NCBI GenBank assembly: GCA_024679065.1
Contig: JAGIQG010000014.1
Span: forward strand, 41,106,001 to 41,170,000
DNA: 64,000 nucleotides
Source: Sphyrna mokarran
Lineage: Eukaryota
Direction of reading: 5' to 3'
The notes below the pieces were generated by a model. That model did no database searches and was not told the DNA's origin. It worked only from the letters and a program-made list of their open reading frames with translations. The position numbers and the translations under genes are program-made. This document shows positions 1 to 12,930 of the stretch, one piece after another. Every line of letters begins with the position of its first letter. Position 1 is the stretch's first letter.

Positions 1-720
1 TTCAGTCTATCAAAGCTGAAAAGAGGAGTTGAAGGTAGAGGTTGTTGTGGGAGGTGAGAGTGGTTGACCCTCTCCCCCCACATACACCAGCCATTACAGA
101 AGTTAAACACAGCCCATGCTGGCATATCCAAAGTGAAGATGCTGGCATACAGTTACATCTGGTGGCCAGATATGGAAGGGACATTGAGAATGATCAAGCA
201 ATGTGAACCATGCCAATTACAGCAGCAGCTAACCCTGGTCAACCCAGTTACACCTTGGGGAGTAGCCTGATTGGCCATGTGTTCAGATCCATATTGATTC
301 TATGAGACCCTTTTTCCTTATCGTTGTTGATGTCCATTCTAAATGGGTGAATGTGTTTGTGATAAGATCCGCAGCCTCAGTGGCGGCAATAGAGAAGCTG
401 AGGTGGATATTTGTCAACAACAGTTGCTGGAGGTCCTGGTATCAAATAATGGCTCAACTTCCCTCAGTGAGAAGGTTTATTACTGCTTACACTGAAATGA
501 GCTTTGGCATATTAAAACAGCTCCTTATCATTCCCCATCATCCAACAGATTGGCAAAGAAGGCAGTCCAGACATTTAAAGCATTGATGAGAAAGCAGCCC
601 CTGGGCTCAATGCAATCTAAAGTTCTGAGGTTTCTGTCGAATGACAGAAATGAAACCTCACGCCTCCATGGGGTTGTCCCCCGCTGAATCGTTGATGGGT
701 AGACACCTTCGTGTCACATG
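1..720 (+). mobile_element. Degraded Ty3/Gypsy LTR-retrotransposon integrase remnant
   Basis: Frameshifted pieces read AHAGISKVKMLAYSYIWWPDM...CEPCQ (zinc-binding region), FLIVVDVHSKW, IEKLRWIF and HIKTAPYHSPSSNRLAKKAVQTFK, typical of the Gypsy integrase core. Confidence 0.85.
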
Positions 721-734
721 CGTGGATTTTCAAA

Positions 735-1080
735 GAAGAAAATTCAGATACAGTTAATTTTGAAAGGGAAGGGTAGGACAAACAAACCCAGAGCATCTTG
801 GATGACAAAAGAAACAGAAATTAAGATCTGCAAGGCAATATAGGCTTATTACAGATGTCTAATAGAAAATACAATTGAGAACCAGGCTGAGTATTCATGG
901 TTGAGGATGGGTGAAAAAGCAATTAAGAGAAGCAAAGAGGCATTATGAAAACAGATTGGCAGCTGATATAAATGGGAATTCCAAAGTTGTCTATAAGCCT
1001 TTTGGCTGGTAAAAGGCAGAGTAGGATTGATTCTTAAAGGGGATTTCTGCATGGAGGCAGAGGGCATTGCTTAGATATTG
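735..1080 (+). mobile_element. CR1/HER1 LINE ORF2 fragment, degraded
   Basis: Resembles the CR1 ORF2 segment also seen at about 17050-17350 (PW..KE..., GN.K.., CMEAE). Confidence 0.6.
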
Positions 1081-1081
1081 G

Positions 1082-1395
1082 ATGGCACGGTGGCTTAGTG
1101 GTTAGCATTGCTGCCCCACAGAGCCCAGAGACCCTGAGTTCAATTCAGGTGACTGTTGTAGAGTTTGCACATTCTCTCTTTGCATGAGTTTCCTTCAGGT
1201 GCTCCGGTTTCCTCCCACCCTCCAAAGATACACAGGTTAGATTGACTGGTAATGCTAAATTGCCCTTTAGTGTCAGAAGGATTAACAGCATAAATATATA
1301 TGGGGTTATGGAGATAGGGCCTGGGTAGCTTGGTTGTCAGTGCAGGTTTGATGGGCTAAATAGCCTCCTTTTTTACAATGTAGGCATTCTATGAT
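1082..1395 (+). mobile_element. tRNA-derived V-SINE (HE1-like)
   Basis: A box ggcacggtggcttagtggttagc, B-box-like gagttcaattc, V domain gagtttgcacattctc...ggtgctccggtttcctcccac, and ttctatga tail. Confidence 0.85.
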
Positions 1396-1529
1396 TTTAA
1401 CATCAAGATCATGTGCATTCTCTTAAGCAAGCAAGGTTCTAAAATGGTGGATATTTGAAACTGCATATGAAATCATAATTGGTCTCTTTTTATGTAATAT
1501 TTTGATGCAATATTACTATTTACAATTAG

Positions 1530-1679
1530 GTCTATGACAATTGGAAAGGAAAAGTATTTGGAACAAAGGGATTTATCGGTCGCCAGTATGGGGATCTTCT
1601 TGTCCCCAGCTATCAATGGAATCTACTATGGATTGCACTCCATGCCAATGGGAAACTTCAGACAGAGGCGTGCCATTGA
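1530..1679 (+). other. Candidate terminal coding exon of an unidentified host gene
   Basis: Unique sequence with acceptor ttactatttacaattag|G at 1528-1529, open frame VYDNWKGKVFGTKGFIGRQYGDLLVPSYQWNLLWIALHANGKLQTEACH*, and AATAAA at about 1758. Another frame (1534-1773) is also open, so the frame is uncertain. Confidence 0.25.
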
Positions 1680-2019
1680 AGGGACCAGAAGGTCCCACCA
1701 ACATGAAGAACTGAAAAATCTGCTCATTATAAATGCAGACATGGAAATTTGTAATGGAAATAAATTCACATGAAAGTGTGACAGATGTGTGGCAACTATA
1801 AAGTTTGGTAACTAGGACATGAATGCAGGCGTAAGATATAGAGCATAGATAAATTTAAAGCTAAGAACATTTTTATTGCCCAATATTATTGTTTAGATTG
1901 TGTGCTAAGATGCAATATTATAATAACATGGTTAATATATTAATAACTAATTAATTAAGGTTCATGCTTTTGCATTTAAACTTTATTAATTAACAGTGTT
2001 ATGTTTTGGCAAAAAATTC

Positions 2020-3130
2020 ATTGATCTGATTTGATATTGTCACATGTGTCAATATCTTGTGAAAATTATTGCTTCTTGCATGCTGTACAGACAAAGAATA
2101 CCATACATAGAGAAGGAAAAGAAAGGGTGCAGAATGTAGTGTTACAGTCATAGCTTGGATATAGAGAAAGATCAACTTAATACGAGGTAGGTCCATTCAA
2201 AAGTCTAATGGCAGCAGGGAGGAAACTGTTCTTGTAGTGGTTCATACATGATCTCAGACTTTTTTTTTATCTTTCTCCTGATGGAAGGAGATGGCACGTC
2301 CAGTGTGTATAGGGTCCTTAATTATACTGGCTGCTTTTCTGAGGCAGTGGGAGGTGTAAACAGAGACGGAGGATGGGAGGCTAGTTTGCATGATGGACTG
2401 GGCTTTGTTCACAACCCTTCATAGTTTCCTGCGGTTTTGGGCAGTGAAGGAGACATGCCAAGCTGTGATACTAATCAAAAAGTTTGCTTTCTATGTTGCC
2501 TCTGTAAAAGTTGATGAGAGTTGTAATGGACTGACAAATTCCCTTAGTATCCTGAGAAAGGAGAGATATTGGTGGACTTTCTTAACTGTAGCGGCGGCAT
2601 GGAGGGATCAGTGCAGGTTGTTGGTGATCTGGACAACTAGAAGCTTGAAGCTCTTGACAATTTCTACTTCATCCCTAATAATGTAATAGAGACATGTCTT
2701 CCACAATACCTTCTGAAGTCAATGACTATCTCCTGGATTTTACTGACACTGAAAGAAAGATCATTGTCATTGCACCAGCTCACCAGATTCTCTATTTTTT
2801 TTCTGTATTCTGTCTCATCCTTGTTTGAGATCTGACCCACTACAGTGGTGCCAATAGCAAACTTGAAAATTGACTTAGAGAGAAATTTGGCCACACAGTT
2901 GTAGGTGCACAAGAAGCATAGTAAGGAGCTAAGGACATGGCCTTATGGGGCACTGGTGTTGAGAATAATCATGGAAAAGGTGTTGTTTGTTACCTATTCT
3001 TACTGATTGCGGTGTTTGGGTTTGGAAGTCTAGGGTCCAGTAGCAAAGCAAGGAGCCAAGCTCTAGGCAACAGAGTTTGGAAATAAGTTTTGTAGGAGTA
3101 ATGGTGTTGAAGGCTGAGTTGTTATCCATG
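2020..3130 (-). mobile_element. Rex1/Babar-clade non-LTR retrotransposon, 3' fragment
   Basis: RT motifs [66 protein letters not shown]; (aaatc)n-type tail at about 2020; same 3' UTR at 25570 and 58535. Confidence 0.8.
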
Positions 3131-6100
3131 TTACGTCCACTAAAAGCTTGCTGCATTTAGTTTCATTCACATTTCTAAGTTGGAAGCTAAGTGCTCAAGT
3201 CACAATCCAAAACTTGGACATCTGAAATTATAGTTCCTAGCTATAATTGGGAAGTATGTCATTCAATAAACCAGGGCTCTAAAGTAGCTAGCATTCCACT
3301 GGAGTAGCAAAGAGAATTTGTGAGGTTAAGCTGTGCGCCAATGTCTGCTTTAATTCCCTAGGTAATTATAATCACTACACTTAAACTTAGTTCTGGATAT
3401 GTGAAATTGTACAAGATGTCTCTGAAAGATGCAAAAAGGTGCTATATGAATTCATATGTGTTCAAAACTACTAATCCTGCAGTTTAAATAAGTATGGAAT
3501 ACAATTCTGGCAATCACAATTGTAATGTGTATAAACTATATTTTTTTTACCAGTAATCTAACTGTGGCACAATGAGACTTGTGACTAAAAGGGTACTGCT
3601 AATGTTTTGTATTCATATGTCTATGCTATATCTGCCTATTTGGCTTCTTAGTTCAAGCTAGTATTTGGCCATGAAAACAGGGAGAATGTGAAGAGATACA
3701 AGTCCTTATGCCACCAACCATGTAAATCAGACTGAAGAAGACATTGACTATCAGCACTGCATCACCGGCCACAATAACAAAAGCAATTACTAGAATACAA
3801 CTCAATCATTCTACAACAAAAATAATCATTACAAAATTATCATCATCCAATTATTCTCTCCAGAGATAATCACCTACTTCACCCAAAAGGAGTCACAAAA
3901 CAAATGATGTATCAATCTAATTTCCATAGTTATAAGATCTGGCTCCTTCCATTTCTGAAAGTATGACCTTAAATATTTTTACAGATAATTGAATTACCAA
4001 CGATTCAGTGAGAAATATTTTTGAAGAACATACTTGTAGCATGCAAAGGGTTTTTTCTAATAACAAGGATAATGAACTATTCCTGTAAAATATACTCTTG
4101 CAATTCAATAAATAAACCATGGAGCACTTAGAAAGTTCATAAACTTTTAGAGATATCCCCATTGATACAAAAAAGCAACTCTAAAATCAAATTGATTATG
4201 TCCCCGTGTTAGAATATCCATTTCAGAAGGAAATTGCACTTTGAAGAGGAAATCATTGTAAGGAAATCACTGAAGAAACAAGAGACTTTTATAGATGGAT
4301 GGTTCAGGCATTCTTTACCAGATCTGATTGGATTACACTGAGCATCACAAGGTTGTGTTCTCCTCTTCCCAAACTGCTCTAGGATTATCCTAGAATGCAA
4401 ATATAGCCTTCTTAGCTGAAGAATTGTCTAAACCAAACCTCACAGAAACTTTTTAGAGACAATCCTTGAATTGGGTTTTAATAATTTCATAATTAAATAT
4501 CTGCTAATAACAAGTCCCAGACCCTTGACTCCAGATTCTCTGCTTTCTGTCCATAAAACCAGCTTTCCTAAAATCTCGTTTGGAAATCTCGGAGAAGAAA
4601 AATGTCAGTGGGTGGAAAATGTGCTGCCAAGATAAAATAGGGAAGGCAATGCAATTATCTTGGTAATTAAAGTTGTTCTTGCTGTGGATGAAAAATCCTC
4701 GTGTTGATCTTTCCCTGTTAATTAAAAAGAGCCACACATAAAAAAAATCCACTTGCTCCTCTGTGCTTCAGTATGTTGGCTGGACAACATTTATAAGTGC
4801 CAATGAATTGTGCCATTGACCACGTCCCAATATGGGGTGTCAGCTAATTTTCATGCTAGCAGCATAACAGTAATGCAATACAAGAGCAAACTGAAACCTG
4901 TTCACTGGCAACCTGCCTGGCAATTCTCAGCTTATCTCTACAGCTGGCTGCTCTGATCTAAATGAGAACGTTGGGTATACCTCAGGCCAAGAGTAGGGTT
5001 TGCAACTGGAGAAAATACATTTCTGGCTTAGTTTTCTCTGAAACGTTATTTTCAAAGTTGCAGAGGGTAGGACTGTTAATTTTAAATAGCCAAAATACAG
5101 ATGACATGAAAATAATGTCTTTATCATTATTTAATTGGACATGAATATCCTTAGGTTTTCTTGTGTTCTGCCACCATAACTTCAATGGAGGTTCAGTAGA
5201 CAGCATGTTTATAAGAGTAAAGGGGGTTTGTGTTATTGTTGAACATCACAGCATCGTTCAAAGAGTATTGTGGGACACAGGGTTTAATTCAACGGATACT
5301 AGCACCAGAACTGGCAAAAGAGGAAACTGTTCCATTGATCATTGTACACTTCAACTAATTTGGGACTAGTGTTGTGGTGAACCCTGACCAGCATGATGTT
5401 GGGACAGATTAGAATACATTGCAAGCATGGTTGGAAAGTTCAAAATTTGCTGCAAGTGGGAATTCAGTGCATAATGACTTCCAGCCTACAATACGTGTGT
5501 GTTTCATGTTACAGCTAAGTAGTTTTTTGATAGTATCAAACTTGTCTCTTTTTGACTAATAATCAAGTCAAAGCTTTTCATCTTTCGCATTTCTCGGGAC
5601 ACTTTGTAAGAATACTGATATAAGGGAAAACAATTTATGCTGGACGTGATTTTCTGACCATCTTCATGGCAGACACAAATCCCGTTATGGTCAGAAACAC
5701 TGGCAAGAGGCCAAAGACAGGATTTGTTCCAGTAGGAATTCCAAATGTGATCTTCCTTGGCCCCTCCTGTTGGCATGGTCAGGTTCATGCCAAGCGTGAG
5801 GACTTGATTAGAGTGCATTTGAATCAATTTCATTCTTATTCACAAGTTTGAACAGACTGTTTCAGCCTCTTTGAATCTTCCTGCCCACTACCAGAATGCC
5901 AAGTAGGCACAAATTACTACTGTTCATTAAAAACTTGGACCAAGCATCATGGACTCCAAAGAGGAAGGAGGTGAGTAGTGCTGACTGCTTAGTGTCAAGG
6001 TGCACAAGGGCAAAAGTAACTGCTGGCCTGATGCCAAGATGGGGTTCTTCAATGAAGCTGGAGGTTCGGGGGCTCAGCTGAGCTGGAAAGGGCCAGATCA

Positions 6101-6364
6101 GGTGTCTCCCTTGGGACTGGGTCAAGGTTAGTTGGTGCAGCCTTGAAGCCTGCTGTTTGAAACCTCTTAATAGTCCAACAGAAATTTGCAGACTATGTGT
6201 CCTAAAATCTTCTCACTGGGTAGTGCTGTTCTGTATCTTGTTCTGTAGAAAAACATTTCATAACACTAACTTTAAAGAGATTCTGAAGTAATACTTAAAT
6301 GCTTTGGCCTCATAGATCCTGTTGAGTTGTTTGTGTACTTAGCCTTTCACACGCCATTAAATTT

Positions 6365-6560
6365 CATAGATTCATAGAATCCCTATAGTGCAGAAGAAGC
6401 CATTTGCCCCATTGAATCTGCGTCAACCCTTCCAGCCCCTCGCCCCTTCCCTGTAACTGTGCATGTTTACATGGCTAATCCATCTAATCTACACACCTTG
6501 AGGTACTATTTATAATGTAATATACTATTTAAAGGCAATTTATAATGGCCAATCTACCTC
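6365..6560 (-). mobile_element. Partial V-SINE/HE1 3' half
   Basis: catagattcatagaatccctatagtgcagaagaagccatttgccc is the reverse complement of the SINE tail. Confidence 0.6.
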
Positions 6561-6959
6561 CTTACTTTCAATAAATTCTTCAGTTGCACTGATTCGCTTT
6601 GGCCTCATTGATCCAATTGAAGTTGTTTGTTTATACAGCATTTTACATCCCATTAACTTTCAAAAGATTTTGCAGTTGCAGAGCTGGGGCCTGGCTTCAT
6701 TCAGGCTTTTGTAATGGGACACTTTTCAAGCATAACGATCTGAGCACTCCGAGAGTTGTTTTGAATAGGTTTTCTTTTAAATCCCGGAAGCTGTTTTCAC
6801 TTAGACATTAAAATGAAAGAGTTTTTTTTGAAGAGCTTTTCATTGCCAATGTTGAATTTTCAGTCTATGCACCAGAAAATTGAAAAGAAGCTCACAGATA
6901 TAATTGGTCTGGGGATCTGGTGAAGCAAGGGTCATGATTTAGGGGGAGGGGAGTCATAA

Positions 6960-7625
6960 GACAGATTGCCAGCCTACTGTCACCCCCGGACAGAAGGCAG
7001 GACAATATTGTACATCTACTTTCACCTCATCCTGGAAAATGCTCAAGCTGTAGGATTCCGCAAGATCATCACGGTGCCTCGAGTCTAGGAGAATATTGAT
7101 GGAACACATGTAATCTTGAGGACACCATGGTATTAGTGAGTGCCCTTCATCAACCGATAAGCCTTCCACTCCCTGGGTCTCCAACTCATTTGTGACCACT
7201 GGTCTAACAACATGCACTTCCCAGGAAATATGGATGACAGTTTCATGCAGGTGAAATTGCAGATTCCTAAGATCTTTGAGGCCTACCCCAGTCTGGTTCA
7301 TGGGGGACAAAGAGCATCTGTTGAGATCATGACTGATGATGCCAGTTTGGAGGACCAAGGCTAAGGTAGAGTCTTGTTATAATGTGGCTCAGAGTGACAA
7401 CAACACAGTAATCAAATGGCATATAATTCTGCCGAAGATTTGTTTCCAATGTCGCAATCGCTCTTGTGGTGCTCTTCAGTACAGCCCCAAAAGTGTGTAT
7501 GACATTGCTATTGACTGCTGTGCCCTCCATAACCTGATGTAGCAGTACAGCAACAAACTGGAAGAGGAGGAGGGATGTGCCATTTCCTCTGATGAAGAAG
7601 AGGACTAGTAGGAACCACATGAAGA
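6960..7625 (+). mobile_element. PIF/Harbinger transposase (HARBI1-like DDE nuclease) remnant
   Basis: Degraded motifs NR*AFHSL, FPGNMDDSF, GDK...LMMPV and RSCGALQYSPKSVYDIAIDCCALHNL, followed by an acidic tail EEEEG...SSDEEED. Confidence 0.8.
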
Positions 7626-7829
7626 GTTTGGGGAAGGACATCTTGAAATTGACCTTCAAAAATGGAGCACAGGTTTTCCATTCAAAGGTACTGGGGAAAG
7701 AGTTAGCTGTCCCACCGGGACAGGTTTCGCCTAAACTGGGCTGCACCAGTGTCCTTACAAATCATATGACTATTCATCTAAGGAGCATGGTTGAGGCCAC
7801 AAGGGACTGTAGTGTTTCAGGTAAAGATA

Positions 7830-8280
7830 AGCAGTAGGCGTGACAGAAAAGGACAAAAGTTTAAACGGTAATAATACATCAATAAATAAAGTCAGATCAG
7901 AGAAAAATGATGAAAAACTATAACTAAATGTGCTTTATACAAAGCATTGGTAATAGGATGTATGGATGAATGGCACATACTGAGATGAATAAATATGACG
8001 CAACAACCATGCAGAGATTTGTTTTCATGGTGACTGAGGCTTAACAATAGCTATACTGTTGCAAAAGGATTTAATTGAGGAAGAAACACAGAAGCTTGTC
8101 ACAATGGCAGTACAAACGTTGCAGGAGACTTTCATTTTCACCTCAACTAGGAAAATAACATTGGCAAGCATAGTTTGGAGAGGAGGTTCATGGAATATGT
8201 TCAAGACAGTTCTCTAGAACAATTTGTTTTGGAACCAACCTGGAAGGAGGTTGTTTTCAATCTTATTTTGTGTAATGAAA
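7830..8280 (+). mobile_element. CR1 LINE endonuclease-region fragment, old
   Basis: LNVLY..IGNK, GDF.F.., F.E.VQDS.LEQFVLEPT..EVV..LILCNE pattern. Confidence 0.6.
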
Positions 8281-8319
8281 TCGATTTAATTATTTATTAA
8301 GTTTATTTATAAGATATGG

Positions 8320-8635
8320 AAGTTGCAATCAGCATTTATTGTCCATCCCTAGTTATCTTTCAGAAGGTGGTGATGAACTGGTGCAGTCCCTTAGATGTAG
8401 GCACACCCGTGGTGGTGTTAGGGAAGGAATTCTATGATTTGACCCAGCGACAGTGAAGAAACAGTGATATACTTTCAGGTCAGGATGATGAATAGCTTGA
8501 GGCGAATCTTCCAGATGGTGGTATTCCTAATATTTGCTAGCCTTGTCCTTCCAGTTTATAGTGGTTATGGGTTTGAATGGCACTATCTAAGGAACCTTGG
8601 TGAGTTCCTGTAATACATCTTGTCAGTGGTACATA
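8320..8635 (-). mobile_element. L2/CR1-group LINE 3' end fragment
   Basis: Reverse complement of the tail type seen at about 26150-26380 (gggatgggcaat...ccaccttctgaa). Confidence 0.5.
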
Positions 8636-8809
8636 TATTCTCAGTAAGGGTTCCTCTGGGAAAGAATGATTGTGATTTGAAAGAATTTCAAGTTGAATTG
8701 GGAATAACGTACATAGTACCAAAACATCAATATTTAACTTAAATAAATCCAATTACGTAGTTATAAGGTCAAGTTAGCCAAGTTGTAAATCTTGTGAAAA
8801 CTCAGAGGG

Positions 8810-10029
8810 TGGGGCCTAATCCCACTGGAGAGGCCATTAGCATAGCACTGAGCAGGCCACTGTAAAGTTATTTATTAGTCACGAGTGAGGCTTACATTAA
8901 CACTGCAATGAGGTTATTATGAAATTCCTCTAGTCGCCACAAATTGGCACCTGTTCGCGTCAATGCATCTAACCAGCATATTGTTCAGGGGGAAAACTGG
9001 AACAACTGAAGGAATACTGTGCAGACACTGGGAGAACATACATAATCCACACAGACATTGACCAAAATCAGGAATCGAATCCAGGTCCCTAGCATTATGA
9101 GGCAACAGTGCTAACCACTGTACCACTGTGCTGCCCACTGCTCATGCACCGATCTATTAGTAGTAACTGAGAGTAGTAGCTTGAAGTAGCCCGCACTGCT
9201 AGCCTCCCGATCACTAGCCAGCTCAATCGTTACCCAGCCCCATGACCATTCATGACTGACTCCCGAACATGTCCAGCCAATCTGAACTACACCTGCTCAT
9301 CCCCAGCCTAGTTCAAGCTCCTCCAACTGCATCAGCAGTGCGGACCCCTGCCCACCCAACTACAATCCCAACATTCCCTACTCCGCAGTCCCAAACCCCA
9401 CTGGCAGGCCAACCCCTCCCCCATCCCGATGCTCAGCGCCCTATCTCTGTCACTCAGTCCAAGTGCAGAGTGGCAGCGGGACACCTCGCTATCACTTATC
9501 TCCTACTTAGGCCCTGCCTCATTAAGGCCAACTCCCTTGGCATAACCTGATGCCTGGTGGGCAGTATCAAGGTGATACTGAGGCATTACCAGGGTGCCCC
9601 TTGGGCAGTATCAGGGGGCCAGGCTGGCACTGGCAAGCTGGCAATGTCAAGGAGGCTCCCCCCCTTACCTCTGAGTTCCTTGGGGGGTGGGGGGGGCTGC
9701 TCACTGGCCCACCTTCAATCCAATGCAGTTGAGCTGCCAGCTCTTGATTAATAGGGAGTTATTGTCAATCCCGCTGGAGTGAAATGGGGAGAGATTATTG
9801 CGGACCTGGAGGCTTCAGTCCCTGGCCTGCTAAGGATATGTGAAATATATTAAAATGAGGATTTGCATAAATTATGCAGCTTCACATGGAACTGATGGTA
9901 CTGGAAATTTGGCTGCCAAAGACTCAGAGGCTGTGATGTCCAGCAGGAAGCCTACTAAACAGCCTCCATGTGAGCACCCCAGTCCATTGCGCTACAACAG
10001 CAGTGCAGCAGGCTTGGAAAATTGGTCCC
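8810..10029. mobile_element. GC-rich MITE-like DNA element (Harbinger-type ends), interrupted by a SINE
   Basis: Ends ...ggaaaattggtccc; internal sequence is similar to 44590-45435 and the reverse of 24430-25530; no coding capacity. Confidence 0.55.
8865..9136 (-). mobile_element. tRNA-derived V-SINE subfamily with aagttatttattagtcac tail
   Basis: Minus-strand head gggcagcacagtggtacagtggttagcactg, B box gattcgattcc, V domain; same subfamily at 58895 and 60114. Confidence 0.85.
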
Positions 10030-11529
10030 AATATGTTTCAAATGGGTCAATTTTCAGTGTGCTAAGTAGTGGTAATTTACAACACTCTTTGCAATGCAGA
10101 AGCCATAATCTGATTCCCGCCAGTAGAGAGATGGGAAGCAGGTTGAAGATTGCTAGGTGGGTCATTGTACAGGTGCCCCTGTTAAACTCCCTCCCTGACA
10201 GACATTGTCACCCCTCCCACTAATTGCATCCCTTGATCACTGGCCCCAACCCCCTCAACTCCAAAACCTGAACATCGGCTCTGAACCCCAATCACCAGCC
10301 CATCACTTGATCACCGACCCCATGAATCAGTCCCCGTTCCCCCATGCAGACTTCCTCCTCTCCCCTTTTATAGACCCCACCCCATCAGACTCACCCCTTC
10401 AGTGCCTGCTCCTTTGGTATAGCCCAGTGCTGGATGAGAAGTGCCACGTTGCACTGCCAGAGTACCAGGTAGGCACTGCCCAAAGGGTACTTCCAGGCTC
10501 TGCCCTCGATCACCTGAAGGGCTTCAATGGTCTCCAGTTCCCCTGGTAAGTGGGGACCACCTGTAATCCTCATCAGTGAGGACATCCACCAGCAGAATTG
10601 GAAGGATAAGTGAGCCTTTCTTGATACAAGACTGATTTTGCCAGCAGAACAGGGCCAGCAATATTGTCAGAGGGAAGAAATAGGGCCTCTCACTCATATT
10701 TCCCTACTTGACTAGTGCAGTGGGATGGAAAAATCTCTCCAATGACAGTTTTCCGGGATTGGATAGACTCATCAGCTGATAGCATAGACTGCTCCCTCTG
10801 AATTTTTTTTGTTACTTTCTCTCCATACCTGTTCATATCTGTACACAACTCCCCCCTCCTCCTCCACACCCTACTCACACTCCACCATGGCCCTTCCCAC
10901 CCTTTTGATCCACATCACTTCACTTTCAAACACTCACAACCTTCTGTACATCCCTCTAGGCCTCCACACCACTCTAGTGAAATTACACCCCTGGATGTCA
11001 GTGGTCCTGCAGTCAAATATGAATCATTATTAAAGAGTTCTAGAGTAGCATGACTTTAATGAGGGGAAAGCATTTGCACAAATATATGAAACAATGGATG
11101 ATGGATACAAATTACACGCATCAATAAATGAAGAATTCACAAGAATAACACCAATAAAGATGAGTTCTACATGAGCCCAATAAATGTGACATAAATTTTC
11201 ATCAATAATATTTTATTCCTTGCTATTATTCCTTGCCACACATGCATATGAAAACAATATTCTATAAGTTTTAGAATAATACAGGTACATATATTTCCTC
11301 AACATCTTTTTATTTTTTTATCATTGAATATATTTTCATTAAACTATATATTCCACCTTCATAAATCATTAATCCTTGAGAGAAGGACATTTTATATACG
11401 TTCAATGAATGGGCAATTTTATATGCATGTATGTCAATCCTTGCAAATCAATTCACGGGGCGCTTAGGAATAATTTACACAATGACATGAAATATTTAAA
11501 CAAACTATCTTTTCTGCAACTCTCTTCAG

Positions 11530-11910
11530 CTTTATAGTTTAGCAGAATGAGGGAATGGCCTTATTAAGGTGCACGAAATTCCTCCAGGGCTCAACAGGGT
11601 AAATGAAAGAAAGATTTGGTGTGTAGTACTAGGGAATACAGTCTGAGAATAGGAGATAGGTCGTTTGGGTCGACATAAGAAGACATTCACTCAGTCAATT
11701 AATGTTTAGAATTCACAACTCCAAGAGGTCTGCAGAGGCTCTGTCTTTGTCCGAAGCAGAGGTCGATAGATTTCTGGATGCCAATGACATTCTAGGGTTT
11801 GAGGAGTAGTGCAGGGATGTGGGTGTTGAGGGAAAAGGTCAGCCATGATCGAGGTGTATGGTGAATCAGGTTCAAGGGATCAAATGCCTAGTCCTGCTCT
11901 TATGTTCCAA
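11530..11910 (+). mobile_element. Old CR1 LINE 3' end
   Basis: gagtttagcagaatgagggaatggccttatt...gaggtcgatagatttc...cctgctcttatgttcc, the CR1 ORF2 C-terminus and 3' UTR. Confidence 0.6.
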
Positions 11911-11999
11911 TGTTATGTGCCCCCAGACAACAGCTGGGGGAGGAAGTGCAAAAGGGGTGGTATTTAAAATTATCCCCATTGGAGTTTGAGAGGGCTTAA

Positions 12000-12295
12000 C
12001 AGGGGAAATGATAAGATGCTCAAGAATGTACAACTAAAGATCACAGTCTCAGCTAAGACAATGACTTTTTTGACTGTGATGAAGAGAAATGTCTTTACTC
12101 AGAGAGTTGTGAATCTTTGAACTTCCCTGCCCTGAGTGCTATGGAGGCTCACTCATTAAAATATTCAAGGCTAAGTAGAATCGATTTTGGATTCTCAGGG
12201 ATTCAGGGGATATCACTCAACAACCATGATCTTGTTAATTGATCGAACAGATTAAGAGGCTGTATGACCTATTCCTGCTCCTATTTCCCATGTTT
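12000..12295 (+). mobile_element. Old CR1 LINE 3' end
   Basis: RRNVFTQRVVNL*TSLP motif and cctattcctgctcctatttc tail. Confidence 0.6.
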
Positions 12296-12499
12296 TGAAA
12301 TTTACAACCAAGGAACAGTAAAAACCCAATGAAAATTAATCCTGTCATTTTTTTTTAGTAATTATCTTTTACTGTTTAAGTTTTTTCTATACTTTGAAAT
12401 GTAAATATGCTTATTTTTTCTTTAATCTGTTGAATTAAGATGGATGCATTATTTTACTTTCAAATCATATGCTCTTTATAATGGATGAGATGATAAATT

Positions 12500-12930
12500 G
12501 ATGGTAATGTCACTGAACTAGTAATCCAGAGCCTAGGCTAATGCTTTGAGGACATGGGTTCAAATCCCCACCATGTATGACAGTTTACGGAATTCAAACT
12601 TGATTAATTAAAAATATCTGGAATTGTAAGCTTGTCTCAGTAATGATGGCCACACAGCTATATCATAAAAACCCATCTACTTCACTAATATTCTTTAGGG
12701 AAGGAAATCTTCCATCCTTATCTTGCTCACATGTGACTCCAGGTCCACAGCAATGTGGTTGACTCTTCACTGTTCTCAAAGGAGGGTGGTGGTGGTGGTG
12801 GTGGTGGGGTGGTGGTGGTGGGGGGGGTGGGGGTGGGGGGGGTGGGGGTGGGGGGGGTGGCGGGAATGGGAGGAGGGGGATAAAAATGTTGGCTTTACCA
12901 TTGATGCCCACATTATATGAACAAATAATA
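12500..12930 (+). mobile_element. tRNA-derived SINE with L2-like tail, containing an expanded G-rich tract
   Basis: gtaatgtcactgaactagtaatccagag...gggttcaaatccc (B box)...ctttagggaaggaaatct; relatives at about 13550, 20320-20990 (minus) and 29635. Confidence 0.7.
12781..12880. repeat. (GGT)n / (GGGGT)n G-rich simple repeat, G-quadruplex-prone
   Basis: Directly visible runs; they explain the poly-Pro/His ORF at 12663-12911. Confidence 0.85.

Noticed and set aside
1082-1160. tRNA gene
   Set aside because: The A/B boxes belong to a tRNA-derived SINE head followed by a V domain; no cloverleaf. The same applies to the other SINE heads.
3917-6125. Endogenous hepadnavirus/nackednavirus (KPYSWPE, FRKA, SMGISL and LLTSFLFG resemble pol/core motifs)
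   Set aside because: Spacing is wrong and the diagnostic RLVVDFSQF, PMGVGLSP and YMDD motifs were not found.
12663-12920. Poly-Pro/His and Gly/Trp-rich ORFs
   Set aside because: Translation of a simple G-rich repeat inside a SINE.
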